In this document: piece after piece, positions 1 through 8,235 of the stretch
Numbering within the stretch: the first letter of the stretch is position 1
Layout: every line of letters begins with the position of its first letter
Source: Bacilli bacterium
GTDB lineage: Bacteria; Bacillota_I; Bacilli_A; RF39; UBA660
Assembly: GCA_017428495.1 (NCBI GenBank)
Contig: JAFRQS010000023.1
Location: forward strand, 670-64,669
Reading direction: 5' to 3'
Length of the DNA stretch: 64,000 bases
The notes under the pieces: generated by a model
What the model saw: the letters and a program-made list of their open reading frames with translations, nothing else
Told to the model about the DNA's origin: nothing
Databases searched by the model: none
Translations under genes and position numbers: made by a program

Positions 1-2
1 CA

Positions 3-1757
3 AATGGAGGAGTATGTATTCCTTCATCAGTAGAAGTGTTACCACAAAAAACATATCAGATGAAAGCTGTACCAATACCAGCAGATGCAGATGATAAAGA
101 AGTAACATGGTCTAGTAGTGATACAAGTGTTGCTACTGTTGATTCAAATGGTAAAATAACTGCAAAAGCAGAGGGTGAAGCAACAATAACTGCTAAGATA
201 GGTGAAGTTAGTGCAACATGTACATTAAAAGTAAGTAAGCAAGTTATAACTTGTGCACCAGGTGAATATTTACCAAAATCAAAAGATAAATGTGAGAAAT
301 GTTTAGTTGGTAGTGAATGTTCTGGAGGATCATATCCAATAAGTGATGCAACAGATCAAGGAATAAAGATGTGCCCAGCAGGAACATATGCTGATAAAGA
401 GGGTATGGTAAGTTGTACACCATGTCCAGCTGGTACAACAAGCCCAGCAGGTTCTAAATCAGCTTCTGATTGTAAAGCATCAAATGAACCAACACCAGCA
501 CCTTCTCCATCAACAAGTTATAAATGCTATCAATGTGGTGGAAGTCAAGGAGTAAGATATTATTGGGCTTCACAATCTCCAGACACTTCTAATTGTGGTG
601 TTGCTACAGTTGTATTAGATCCAGCAACAGGAAGTCAAGTGGCAGCAAATTCTAATAACTGTAATGGAACATCAACATCTAAAATGAGAGAATATTGTGA
701 AAATAAAAACATGAAATATTTAACATGTCCATCAGGTCAAGAAGTAGATAAGAAAGATTCATATGGATGTGTAACATGTAAGAATGCTTCTACAGGATAC
801 AAGTGTTATGCTTGTGGTGGAAGTCAAGGCGTAAATTATTATTGGACTGATAAAGCTCCAAGTACTAATTGTGCTATAGCTACATCAGTACAAGATCCAT
901 CAACAGGAAATTCAGTTGGTGCAAATGCAGGAAATTGTAATGGTTCATCAACGTCTAAGTCAAGACAATATTGTGAAAGTAGAGGAATGTATTATTTGAC
1001 ATGTCCATCTGGTAGAACTCAAACTGGAACAGAAGGTCATGGTTGTGTAACATGTAAATTAAATTCAACACCAAAATGTCCACAAAGACAATATTATACT
1101 GGAGTTTCATGTCAGAATTGTCCAGCAAATATGTATTGCCCAGGTGATGATAAATCATATGCATGCCCAGCACATTCTCAGGCTAGAGGTTCTGCAGGTC
1201 AAAAAATAGATTGTTTATGTGATGATGGTTATAAAATGGTAGCAGGTAAATGTGAACCAAATGGGGCGTCAAATTTAATATGTGCAGCTGGCCAATATAA
1301 ATCAGGTGATAAATGTGTATCATGTCCATCAGGTTATACTTCAAATAAAGGAGCAACAAGTATAAGTTATTGTTATATAAATGTTGCTGCAGGTCATGCA
1401 GTTGTTAGAGCTGGTGGTGGCCAAGTATCATGTGGAGCTGGAACATATAAAGGAGCACACACAGTATATTATAATCAAACAAGTTCATGTAATAAGTGCC
1501 CAGCAGGAACATATTCAAGTTCAGGAGCTAGTGTATGCCCATCATGTAGAAAAGGAACATATTCAACAGGTGGCGCAGCAAGTTGTACAAGTTGCCCATC
1601 AGGATATACAACTTCAGGAACAGGTGCAACATCTAGTTCACAATGTGTTAGAGCAACAGTACCAAATTGTAAGGATGCTTGTGTTCAATCTTTCTCAGGC
1701 GCAACATATGATGGTACTTATGATCCAAAGACAAATACATGTTTGTGTTGGGGTTAG
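3..1757 (+). CDS. 5'-partial Cys-rich secreted/surface protein: Big_2-like Ig domain, ephrin-receptor-like/GCC2-GCC3-type CxxCPxG repeats and two 93-aa 8-Cys repeats
   Basis: Frame 3 is open from the window edge (NGGVCIPSSVEVLPQ...). VTWSSSDTSVATVDSNGKITAKAEGEATITA is a typical Big_2 signature. Many CxxCPAGTY motifs; 49 Cys counted in the 573-aa ORF. Confidence 0.8.
   Translation, partial: NGGVCIPSSVEVLPQKTYQMKAVPIPADADDKEVTWSSSDTSVATVDSNGKITAKAEGEATITAKIGEVSATCTLKVSKQVITCAPGEYLPKSKDKCEKCLVGSECSGGSYPISDATDQGIKMCPAGTYADKEGMVSCTPCPAGTTSPAGSKSASDCKASNEPTPAPSPSTSYKCYQCGGSQGVRYYWASQSPDTSNCGVATVVLDPATGSQVAANSNNCNGTSTSKMREYCENKNMKYLTCPSGQEVDKKDSYGCVTCKNASTGYKCYACGGSQGVNYYWTDKAPSTNCAIATSVQDPSTGNSVGANAGNCNGSSTSKSRQYCESRGMYYLTCPSGRTQTGTEGHGCVTCKLNSTPKCPQRQYYTGVSCQNCPANMYCPGDDKSYACPAHSQARGSAGQKIDCLCDDGYKMVAGKCEPNGASNLICAAGQYKSGDKCVSCPSGYTSNKGATSISYCYINVAAGHAVVRAGGGQVSCGAGTYKGAHTVYYNQTSSCNKCPAGTYSSSGASVCPSCRKGTYSTGGAASCTSCPSGYTTSGTGATSSSQCVRATVPNCKDACVQSFSGATYDGTYDPKTNTCLCWG
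516..1058 (+). repeat. Two tandem ~279-nt (93-aa) Cys-rich domain repeats
   Basis: YKCYxCGGSQGVxYYW...NC...DP.TG..V.AN..NCNG.STSK.R.YCE...M.YLTCPSG......GCVTCK occurs twice, starting near 516 and 795. Confidence 0.9.
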
Positions 1758-1808
1758 TAATATAGACTTATCTGTATGAGTTTATAATCATAAATGATAT
1801 TAAAATTT

Positions 1809-1843
1809 AGTAGAAAAATCTTATGAGGTTTTTCTACTTTTTT
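1809..1843 (+). terminator. Rho-independent terminator
   Basis: AGTAGAAAAATC-loop-GGTTTTTCTACT followed by a T tract. Confidence 0.8.
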
Positions 1844-1850
1844 ATTATTT

Positions 1851-1879
1851 GAATTATTAATTATTATAAGTGCATACTA
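1851..1879 (+). promoter_or_regulatory. Putative sigma-G-type promoter for the DUF421 gene
   Basis: GAATT-N17-CATACTA versus the sigma-G consensus GHATA-N17/18-CATAHTA; YetF-family genes are forespore-expressed in Bacillus. Confidence 0.45.
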
Positions 1880-1893
1880 ATAGTGGTGATTAT

Positions 1894-2613
1894 ATGAATA
1901 TAAATATTAATGAGTTACTTAATGTTGTTTTTAGAGCTTTGATTTCTTTGATTGTATTATTTCTTGTAACAAAATTGATTGGAAAAAAACAGGTGTCTCA
2001 GCTAAGTTTATTTGATTATGTTATAGGGATATCAATAGGTAACTTTGCTGCAGAAATGACTATTAATCTTGAATCAGAAGAAATATATGGGATACTTGCT
2101 GTAGTTATTTTCGGTGGAATTGCATATTTGGTATCTATTCTTTCAATAAAAAGTATTAAATTAAGGAGATTTTTTATGGGGACACCTACAATATTAATTG
2201 AACATGGAAAAATACTTCAGGATAGTTTTTATAAGGTTAGGTATGATATTAATGATATGCTTGAGCAATGTCGAATAAAAGGATATTATGATATATCAGA
2301 AATTGAGTATGCAATTGTAGAAGCTAATGGAGAATTAAGTATAATGCCTAATGGTAGTAATAGAAATGTTACTATTAAGGATATGAATTTAAAAGTGGAA
2401 AAACAAGGGTTATGTGCTAATGTAATTATTGATGGTAAAATTATGTATCATAATTTAAAAGTGATAAATAAAGATGTAGAATGGTTAAATAAGGAATTGA
2501 AGATAAAAGGTAAAAAAATAGATGATATAATTTTAAGTACTGTTGATATTAATGGTAAGATAAATTTTTATGAAAGAAATAAAAAAGGAAAAATTCTAAA
2601 TGTATTAGAATAA
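1894..2613 (+). CDS. DUF421/YetF-family membrane protein
   Basis: KLIGKKQVSQLSLFDYVIGISIG, PTILIEHGKI and AIVEANGELSI motifs; start moved to ATG 1894 after GTGGTGA. Confidence 0.9.
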   Translation: MNININELLNVVFRALISLIVLFLVTKLIGKKQVSQLSLFDYVIGISIGNFAAEMTINLESEEIYGILAVVIFGGIAYLVSILSIKSIKLRRFFMGTPTILIEHGKILQDSFYKVRYDINDMLEQCRIKGYYDISEIEYAIVEANGELSIMPNGSNRNVTIKDMNLKVEKQGLCANVIIDGKIMYHNLKVINKDVEWLNKELKIKGKKIDDIILSTVDINGKINFYERNKKGKILNVLE

Positions 2614-2630
2614 AATTTAATGGTGATAAA

Positions 2631-3080
2631 ATGAAAAATTTAATTATTAGTTTATTAATTAGTTTAGGAGTTGGTGGATTATCTGCACTAATTACAGGAG
2701 GCAGTATGGATACTTATATGCATCTTACTAAGCCCCCATTAGCTCCTCCTAGTATATTATTTCCAATTGTATGGACAATATTGTTTATACTTATGGGAAT
2801 AAGTTCTTATATGATATATGAATCAGGTGATGATAATAGTTCTTTAAAAACATATTTATTGCAATTAGTAATTAATTTTATATGGCCAATATTATTCTTT
2901 GTATTAGATTATAGGTTATTAGCACTTATATGGATAATATTATTAGATATTATTGTAATAATTATGATTGTAAAATTTTATAAAAATAATAAAATAGCAG
3001 CATACTTACAAATACCATATTTATTGTGGATATTATTTGCAACATATTTAAATTTAGGATTTTATATATTAAATAAATAA
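2631..3080 (+). CDS. TspO/MBR family tryptophan-rich sensory protein
   Basis: LTKPPLAPPSILFPIVWTILFILMG, NFIWPILFF and QIPYLLWILFATYLN motifs. Confidence 0.92.
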   Translation: MKNLIISLLISLGVGGLSALITGGSMDTYMHLTKPPLAPPSILFPIVWTILFILMGISSYMIYESGDDNSSLKTYLLQLVINFIWPILFFVLDYRLLALIWIILLDIIVIIMIVKFYKNNKIAAYLQIPYLLWILFATYLNLGFYILNK

Positions 3081-3102
3081 ATGTACAATATGTACATTTT
3101 TT
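3081..3102 (+). terminator. Short terminator hairpin after the TspO gene
   Basis: ATGTACA-ATA-TGTACAT followed by Ts. Confidence 0.55.
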
Positions 3103-3158
3103 TATTGTTTATATTTAATTATTATTTTTTGATGTATAATAAAATTAGGAGTAGTAGT

Positions 3159-4424
3159 ATGAATGGGTTGTATTTAGGAATATATGTAGTATTAATTTTA
3201 TTATTAGTTATACTTGGTGCTTTTATTTTTATGAATAGAAAGGCACACATTAAGAAAATCATATTTTTTTCAATACTTATTTTTACTATTCTTTTATTTG
3301 TTGGATATTATGGATATAGCATTTTAAATAAACCTATATTAAAAATAAATGGTAGTGAAATAGTAAACATATCTGTATTTGATAAATATAATGATGAAGG
3401 ATTTGAAATAAAGCATCCGAACTCTACTAAATTAAAAAAAGCAGTTAAAGTAGATAATAATGTGGATACTAATAAAGTGGGTACATATAACGTAAAGTAT
3501 TCATTAAAATATTTTGGAAAAGACATATATGCTACTAGGATAGTTAATGTAATAGATGAAATAAAACCTATAATTGAATTAAAGGGAAATACTGAATTGA
3601 CATTATCAAGAGGTATAGAATATGCTGAACAAGGTTATACTGCTACTGATAATTATGATGGTGATATAACTAATAAAGTAAAAGTAGAAAATAATATTTT
3701 AGATGAAGTTGGCAAGTATGAAATAATATATAGTGTTACAGATTCTAGTGGTAATAGTTATTCTATTAAAAGAATAGTAAATAGGTTAAATAACAATAAT
3801 GGTGTAATATATTTAACATTTGATGATGGGCCAAGTTCAAATACTTCTAAGATATTAGATATATTAAAAAGTGAAAATATTAAAGCAACATTTTTTGTGG
3901 TTAATTATGGTTCTGCATATGATTTGCTTGTGCAAAGAATAGTTAATGAAGGTCATACTATTGCCTTACATAGTTATACACATGATTATAAGATTATATA
4001 TGCATCTGAAGAGTCATATTTTAATGATTTAATTACTTTAAAAAATAAAGTTAAAAATACAACGGGAATAGATTCAATTATAATAAGATTTCCGGGTGGA
4101 AGTTCCAATACTATAAGTAGTTTTAATAAAGGTATAATGTCTAGATTAGTAAATGCAGTAAAAGAACAAGGATATCATTATTTTGATTGGAATGTAGATA
4201 GTAGAGATGCTGGTGTAGCAAAGAATAGTACTGAAGTGTATAATAACGTTATGAAAGGACTTATACCTAATAGATCAAATGTGGTTTTAATGCATGATTT
4301 AGGATATAATGTTAAGACTGTTGAAGCGTTGAAAAACATTATTGAAGATTCAAAGAACAAAGGATATTCATTTGCTAGAATAACTAATGATACACCTATG
4401 ATTACACACAAAGTAAATAATTAA
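3159..4424 (+). CDS. Membrane-anchored polysaccharide deacetylase (CE4/NodB) with two DUF5011-type Ig-like domains
   Basis: YLTFDDGP, ALHSYTH, IRFPGG, DWNVDSRD and VLMHD motifs; DNYDGDITNKV repeats; N-terminal TM segments; start at ATG 3159 after AGGAG. Confidence 0.9.
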   Translation: MNGLYLGIYVVLILLLVILGAFIFMNRKAHIKKIIFFSILIFTILLFVGYYGYSILNKPILKINGSEIVNISVFDKYNDEGFEIKHPNSTKLKKAVKVDNNVDTNKVGTYNVKYSLKYFGKDIYATRIVNVIDEIKPIIELKGNTELTLSRGIEYAEQGYTATDNYDGDITNKVKVENNILDEVGKYEIIYSVTDSSGNSYSIKRIVNRLNNNNGVIYLTFDDGPSSNTSKILDILKSENIKATFFVVNYGSAYDLLVQRIVNEGHTIALHSYTHDYKIIYASEESYFNDLITLKNKVKNTTGIDSIIIRFPGGSSNTISSFNKGIMSRLVNAVKEQGYHYFDWNVDSRDAGVAKNSTEVYNNVMKGLIPNRSNVVLMHDLGYNVKTVEALKNIIEDSKNKGYSFARITNDTPMITHKVNN

Positions 4425-4462
4425 AATTTACAAAAAAAGTATATTTTTGATTTAAATTTAAC

Positions 4463-4500
4463 AAAAGATAGATATTTCTATAAATATTTATCTTTTTTTT
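4463..4500 (+). terminator. Rho-independent terminator
   Basis: AAAGATAGATATTT-CTAT-AAATATTTATCTTT followed by a T run. Confidence 0.7.
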
Positions 4501-4585
4501 ATTGCTTATAAACTACAAAAAATGTATTTTTGTAATTTGAATTAAAGATTTAAAAATGATATCTTTGCACTAAAGGAGGAATAAA

Positions 4586-6100
4586 ATGAAAAAGTTTTTA
4601 ATAAGTGTAATGTTACTATTATTAGTTGTTACAGTACGTGCTGAAGAAAAAGTAAATTTAAAATTAGAGTGGATACCTAATATGTATTATAGTTATAAAA
4701 AGGATGGTATGACATATTGGGGTCAATTTGCATATGCCTATGTGGATGGTAAGATAGCATATTGTCTAGATATATACCATCCTATAACTAAGTATGAGTA
4801 TACATCGACAAGTGAAATTCAGGAAAATAATTTGGTTATATTAGCAGGATATTTTGGATATGGATATAATGGTGAATATTTACTAAAAGATTATGTCGCT
4901 ACACAAAAACTAATATGGGAATATTTGGGTATGAATGTAAAAATAACTGCTGAAAGTGAAGGAAAAGGTAGGGAAATAGATTTGTATGATAATACTTTAA
5001 AAATAATAGAAAGAATAAATAGATATGCACTATTTCCAAGATTTGATAGTGACTTTATATTTGATTTAAATACAACAAATCAGTTAAATGATTTAAATGA
5101 AATAAGTGATAATTTCGATATAATAAATGAGTCATATAATAATATATATTCTATAGATAATAATGTAATATTTGAAGCATATGAAGTTGGTACAAATGAT
5201 TTTTATTTAAAAACCAAATATGATATGAATCATTCTAATATTATATTTGTAGCACCAGATTCCCAAAAAATAATGATTATTGGTGAAGTAAATAACTTAA
5301 CACAAAGATATTCTTATGAGGTGGTTGATTCTGATGATGAAACTCCAATAATAGAAGAAAATCCAATAATAGAGGAAGACCCAGTAGTAGTGGAAGACCC
5401 AATAATAGAGGAAGACCCAGTAATAGAAGAAGACTCAGTAATAGAAGAAGACCCAATAATAGAGGAAGATCCAATAATAGAGGAAGACCCAGTAGTAGAA
5501 GAAGACCCAATAATAGAGGAAGATCCAATAATAGAGGAAGACCCAGTAGTAGAAGAAGACCCAATAATAGAAGAAGATCCAGTAATAGAAGAGGATCCAG
5601 TAATAGAAGAGGATCCAGTAATAGAAGAGGATCCAGTAATAGAAGAGGATCCAGTAGTAGAAGAATACCCGATAATAGAGGAAGATCCAATAATAGAGGA
5701 AGATCCAGTAATAGAGGAAGACCCAATAATAGAAGAAGATCCAATAATAGAAGAAGATCCAGTAATAGAAGAAGATCCAGTAATAGAAGAGGATCCAATA
5801 ATAGAAGAAGATCCAGTAATAGAAGAAGATCCAGTAATAGAAGAGGATCCAGTAATAGAAGAGGATCCAATAATAGAGGAAGATCCAGTAATAGAAGAAG
5901 ATCCAGTAATAGAAGAGGATCCAGTAATAGAGGAAGATCCAGTAATAAAGGAAGATCCAGTAATGGAAGAAGAGAGTGTAAATATTGAAAATAGTGTGAA
6001 AATTTCAGAAAAAATAGATAAGTTACCATTTTTAGGGGTATATTATGAAAAAAATCTTAATATTTGCATTTATTTTATTAAATTTAACTGGATGTACTAA
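4586..6100 (+). CDS. Cys-Gln thioester-domain (TED) surface adhesin with acidic repeat stalk and LPFLG sorting-like motif
   Basis: Signal peptide; AYCLD (Cys at 4763), ATQKLIW motif, candidate reactive Gln in DSQKIMIIG (5264); 35 EEDPVI-type repeats; C-terminal KLPFLG; adjacent sortase. Confidence 0.75.
   Translation: MKKFLISVMLLLLVVTVRAEEKVNLKLEWIPNMYYSYKKDGMTYWGQFAYAYVDGKIAYCLDIYHPITKYEYTSTSEIQENNLVILAGYFGYGYNGEYLLKDYVATQKLIWEYLGMNVKITAESEGKGREIDLYDNTLKIIERINRYALFPRFDSDFIFDLNTTNQLNDLNEISDNFDIINESYNNIYSIDNNVIFEAYEVGTNDFYLKTKYDMNHSNIIFVAPDSQKIMIIGEVNNLTQRYSYEVVDSDDETPIIEENPIIEEDPVVVEDPIIEEDPVIEEDSVIEEDPIIEEDPIIEEDPVVEEDPIIEEDPIIEEDPVVEEDPIIEEDPVIEEDPVIEEDPVIEEDPVIEEDPVVEEYPIIEEDPIIEEDPVIEEDPIIEEDPIIEEDPVIEEDPVIEEDPIIEEDPVIEEDPVIEEDPVIEEDPIIEEDPVIEEDPVIEEDPVIEEDPVIKEDPVMEEESVNIENSVKISEKIDKLPFLGVYYEKNLNICIYFIKFNWMY
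5336..5965 (+). repeat. Coding tandem repeat, 35 x 18 bp (EEDP[V/I][I/V])
   Basis: Units read directly, e.g. GAAGAGGATCCAGTAATA; 630 bp total from DETPII to KEDPVM. Confidence 0.97.
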
Positions 6101-6500
6101 TACTGATGTAAGAGATAATAGTCTTGTTATTGCTAAGATAGGTATTGATGAAAAATATAGTATAGTAAATTTGGATGATGATGTTAATGGTATAGTTATG
6201 TATAGTGAGTGTGGGAGACCAGATAAGGATGGATCTAATACAGTTATAGGTGCACATTCTGGAATAGGCAGTAATGCATTATTTAACAATATATCTAAAC
6301 TAGAAATAGGTGATTTAATAAGTTTAGTCTATAATAACTATGAATATACGTATGCGGTTATAGATGTTAAAGTAGTAAATGATAGTGATAGTTATATATT
6401 GGATGATACTGGTGAAAATTTGCTTACTTTAATTACGTGTAAGTTTGGCTATGTTGATAAAAGAATTGTTGTTATTTCTAAACTTACAATTGACTTATGA
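6045..6500 (+). CDS. Minimal sortase with lipoprotein signal peptide
   Basis: Catalytic GAHSG (His), LTLITC (Cys) and KRIVV (Arg); N-terminus MKKILIFAFILLNLTGC ends in a lipobox. Confidence 0.88.
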   Translation: MKKILIFAFILLNLTGCTNTDVRDNSLVIAKIGIDEKYSIVNLDDDVNGIVMYSECGRPDKDGSNTVIGAHSGIGSNALFNNISKLEIGDLISLVYNNYEYTYAVIDVKVVNDSDSYILDDTGENLLTLITCKFGYVDKRIVVISKLTIDL

Positions 6501-6518
6501 CACAATGTCAGTTATAAT
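6490..6518 (+). promoter_or_regulatory. Sigma-A promoter with embedded palindromic TetR operator
   Basis: TTGACT-N17-TATAAT, with TGACA-CAA-TGTCA (6498-6510) in the spacer, directly upstream of the TetR gene. Confidence 0.8.
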
Positions 6519-6535
6519 TTAATTGGAGGTATTAT

Positions 6536-7135
6536 ATGGCTAAACAAACTTTTATTAATTTACCTGAAGAAAAGAAAAATAAAATAATTAAATCTTTGAA
6601 GAAAGAATTTAGCAGAGCGTCATTAAAAGATGCTTTAGTGTCTAATATAGTAAAAGAAGCTGGTATTCCAAGAGGCAGTTTTTATCAATATTTTGAGGAT
6701 ATTGAAGATTCATACTACTATGTAATAGAAGAATATTCTAATAACATTAAAAAGTTTTTAATTGAAGACTTAAGAAATAATAATGGAGATATAATTTTGG
6801 CTTATAGACATCTATATATATACATATTAGATATGATAGATAATAAAAATAATAAAGAATATTTTGAAAAGATATTTTTAAATATGAGTTATGAAGTTCA
6901 AAGTATGTTTACGCCTAATTTTAATGATGGACTTAACTTAATAATAAATTATGTTGATTGTTCAAAATTAAATATAGCATCTAAGTTTGGTTTAGGATAC
7001 GTCCTTGATATAATTGAATCTACAATGATGAATAGTATAATAAAAAGTTATAAGAGAAATTTAAGTAGAGAAAAAAATATAGAAATATTTGAAAAAGAAT
7101 TAGCACTTATATGTGTTGGTGTATTAAAAAAGTAA
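6536..7135 (+). CDS. TetR/AcrR family transcriptional regulator
   Basis: N-terminal HTH VSNIVKEAGIPRGSFYQYFED. Confidence 0.92.
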   Translation: MAKQTFINLPEEKKNKIIKSLKKEFSRASLKDALVSNIVKEAGIPRGSFYQYFEDIEDSYYYVIEEYSNNIKKFLIEDLRNNNGDIILAYRHLYIYILDMIDNKNNKEYFEKIFLNMSYEVQSMFTPNFNDGLNLIINYVDCSKLNIASKFGLGYVLDIIESTMMNSIIKSYKRNLSREKNIEIFEKELALICVGVLKK

Positions 7136-7193
7136 TTATTTACTTTTTTTCTTTTTAATGGTAATATAAAACTTGTTTTTGGGAGGGGATTTT

Positions 7194-7703
7194 ATGTTTG
7201 GATTTTCAAGTTTAAGATGCTCAGATTGTTCATGGATTGATCCTAGGGATAGAAATAGATATGGAGAATATTATTGTACTAAAGAAAGAGAATATGTATC
7301 TGGTGATGATTATACTTGTAGAGATTTTGAACCTAATTTTTATGTTATGACGGCATATTGTAAAATAAAAAAATTGCCATATAATTGCGATGAAATGATT
7401 TCTTTAATTGCTCTTAGAGACAAATATATGGTAGAAGATTTAAAAGGTAGACCATTTTTAGAAGAGTATGAAATTATTGGACCTATTCTTGCGGTTAGAT
7501 TACAAGCTGATATGTATAGAAGTGATATAGTAAGAAGTATGGAAGAAGACTATATACATCCTGCTATGGAAATGATGCTTATGGGAGATTTTGATGGTGC
7601 TCAAGAATCTTATATACAAATGGTTGAAATGTTAAAAATTAGGTATGGATATGCTCCAGCCAGAAAAACTGATAAGAATAAGAAAAAAGACTTTAAATTT
7701 TAA
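7194..7703 (+). CDS. Small protein with N-terminal Cys cluster and CFI-box-CTERM-like domain
   Basis: CSDC...YC...TC at the N-terminus; FYVMTAYC...NCDEMISLIALRDKYM...GRPFLEEYEIIGPILA resembles the CFI-box pattern; start ATG 7194 after GGGAGGGG. Confidence 0.55.
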   Translation: MFGFSSLRCSDCSWIDPRDRNRYGEYYCTKEREYVSGDDYTCRDFEPNFYVMTAYCKIKKLPYNCDEMISLIALRDKYMVEDLKGRPFLEEYEIIGPILAVRLQADMYRSDIVRSMEEDYIHPAMEMMLMGDFDGAQESYIQMVEMLKIRYGYAPARKTDKNKKKDFKF

Positions 7704-8235
7704 AGTCTTTTATATTTTTATCATACATATCTTTTCCATCAAAGTATTTTTTTTCTTCTAATTTCATAATAAGGGCAACTAATTTTGATGGATAAGTTGT
7801 TACTAATTTGTTATATAGCGTTGTGCTTTCATTGTAGTATTTTTCACCAGCTTTTATCTTTGTATTTGTGCTAGTTATTTCATACCACAAATCATTTATA
7901 GCTGTATTTTTTTGAATTTGATTGTTTTCATTTTTAATAGTATATATTTCTTTTTCTATATCAACAAGTTTTCTTTCAAATTCAAATGATGATAATTCTT
8001 CATCTTTTAGTTTATCTAAATCTTTAAAACTTTTATTATCTTTATCAATTTTTTTAATTTCTGCTATTATCTTTGTTATTAAATCATATTTAATTCTCAA
8101 TGATTCATCAATTTCACTTTCTGCAGTATTAATTTTTAGTATTTGTACTTTGATTTTATTATAAATAAAGCAAAATGCAAAAATTAATATAACTGATAAT
8201 ATTAATATAATTAATAATAATTTAATTAAGTCCAT
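7693..8235 (-). CDS. LemA family protein
   Basis: N-terminal TM; AESEIDESLRIKYDLI, YYNESTTLYNKLVTTYPSKLVA and KKYFD. Confidence 0.85.
   Translation of the reverse strand: MDLIKLLLIILILSVILIFAFCFIYNKIKVQILKINTAESEIDESLRIKYDLITKIIAEIKKIDKDNKSFKDLDKLKDEELSSFEFERKLVDIEKEIYTIKNENNQIQKNTAINDLWYEITSTNTKIKAGEKYYNESTTLYNKLVTTYPSKLVALIMKLEEKKYFDGKDMYDKNIKDFKI

Noticed and set aside
1381-1779. Alternative-frame 132-aa ORF, plus minus-strand ORFs at 244-441 and 955-1173
   Set aside because: Shadows of the Cys-rich gene caused by its codon bias.
2269-2275. Perfect Spo0A box TGTCGAA
   Set aside because: Mid-CDS of the DUF421 gene; expected by chance.
3081-3158. Upstream ATG start for the deacetylase
   Set aside because: Falls in the TspO terminator hairpin; the SD supports ATG 3159.
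5336-5965. Possible CRISPR array or DNA-level repeat element
   Set aside because: Contiguous 18-bp in-frame units with no unique spacers, and no cas genes in the window.
5277-6029. 250-aa Leu/Pro/Asp ORF on the minus strand
   Set aside because: Antisense shadow of the 18-bp repeat; no SD and no independent features.
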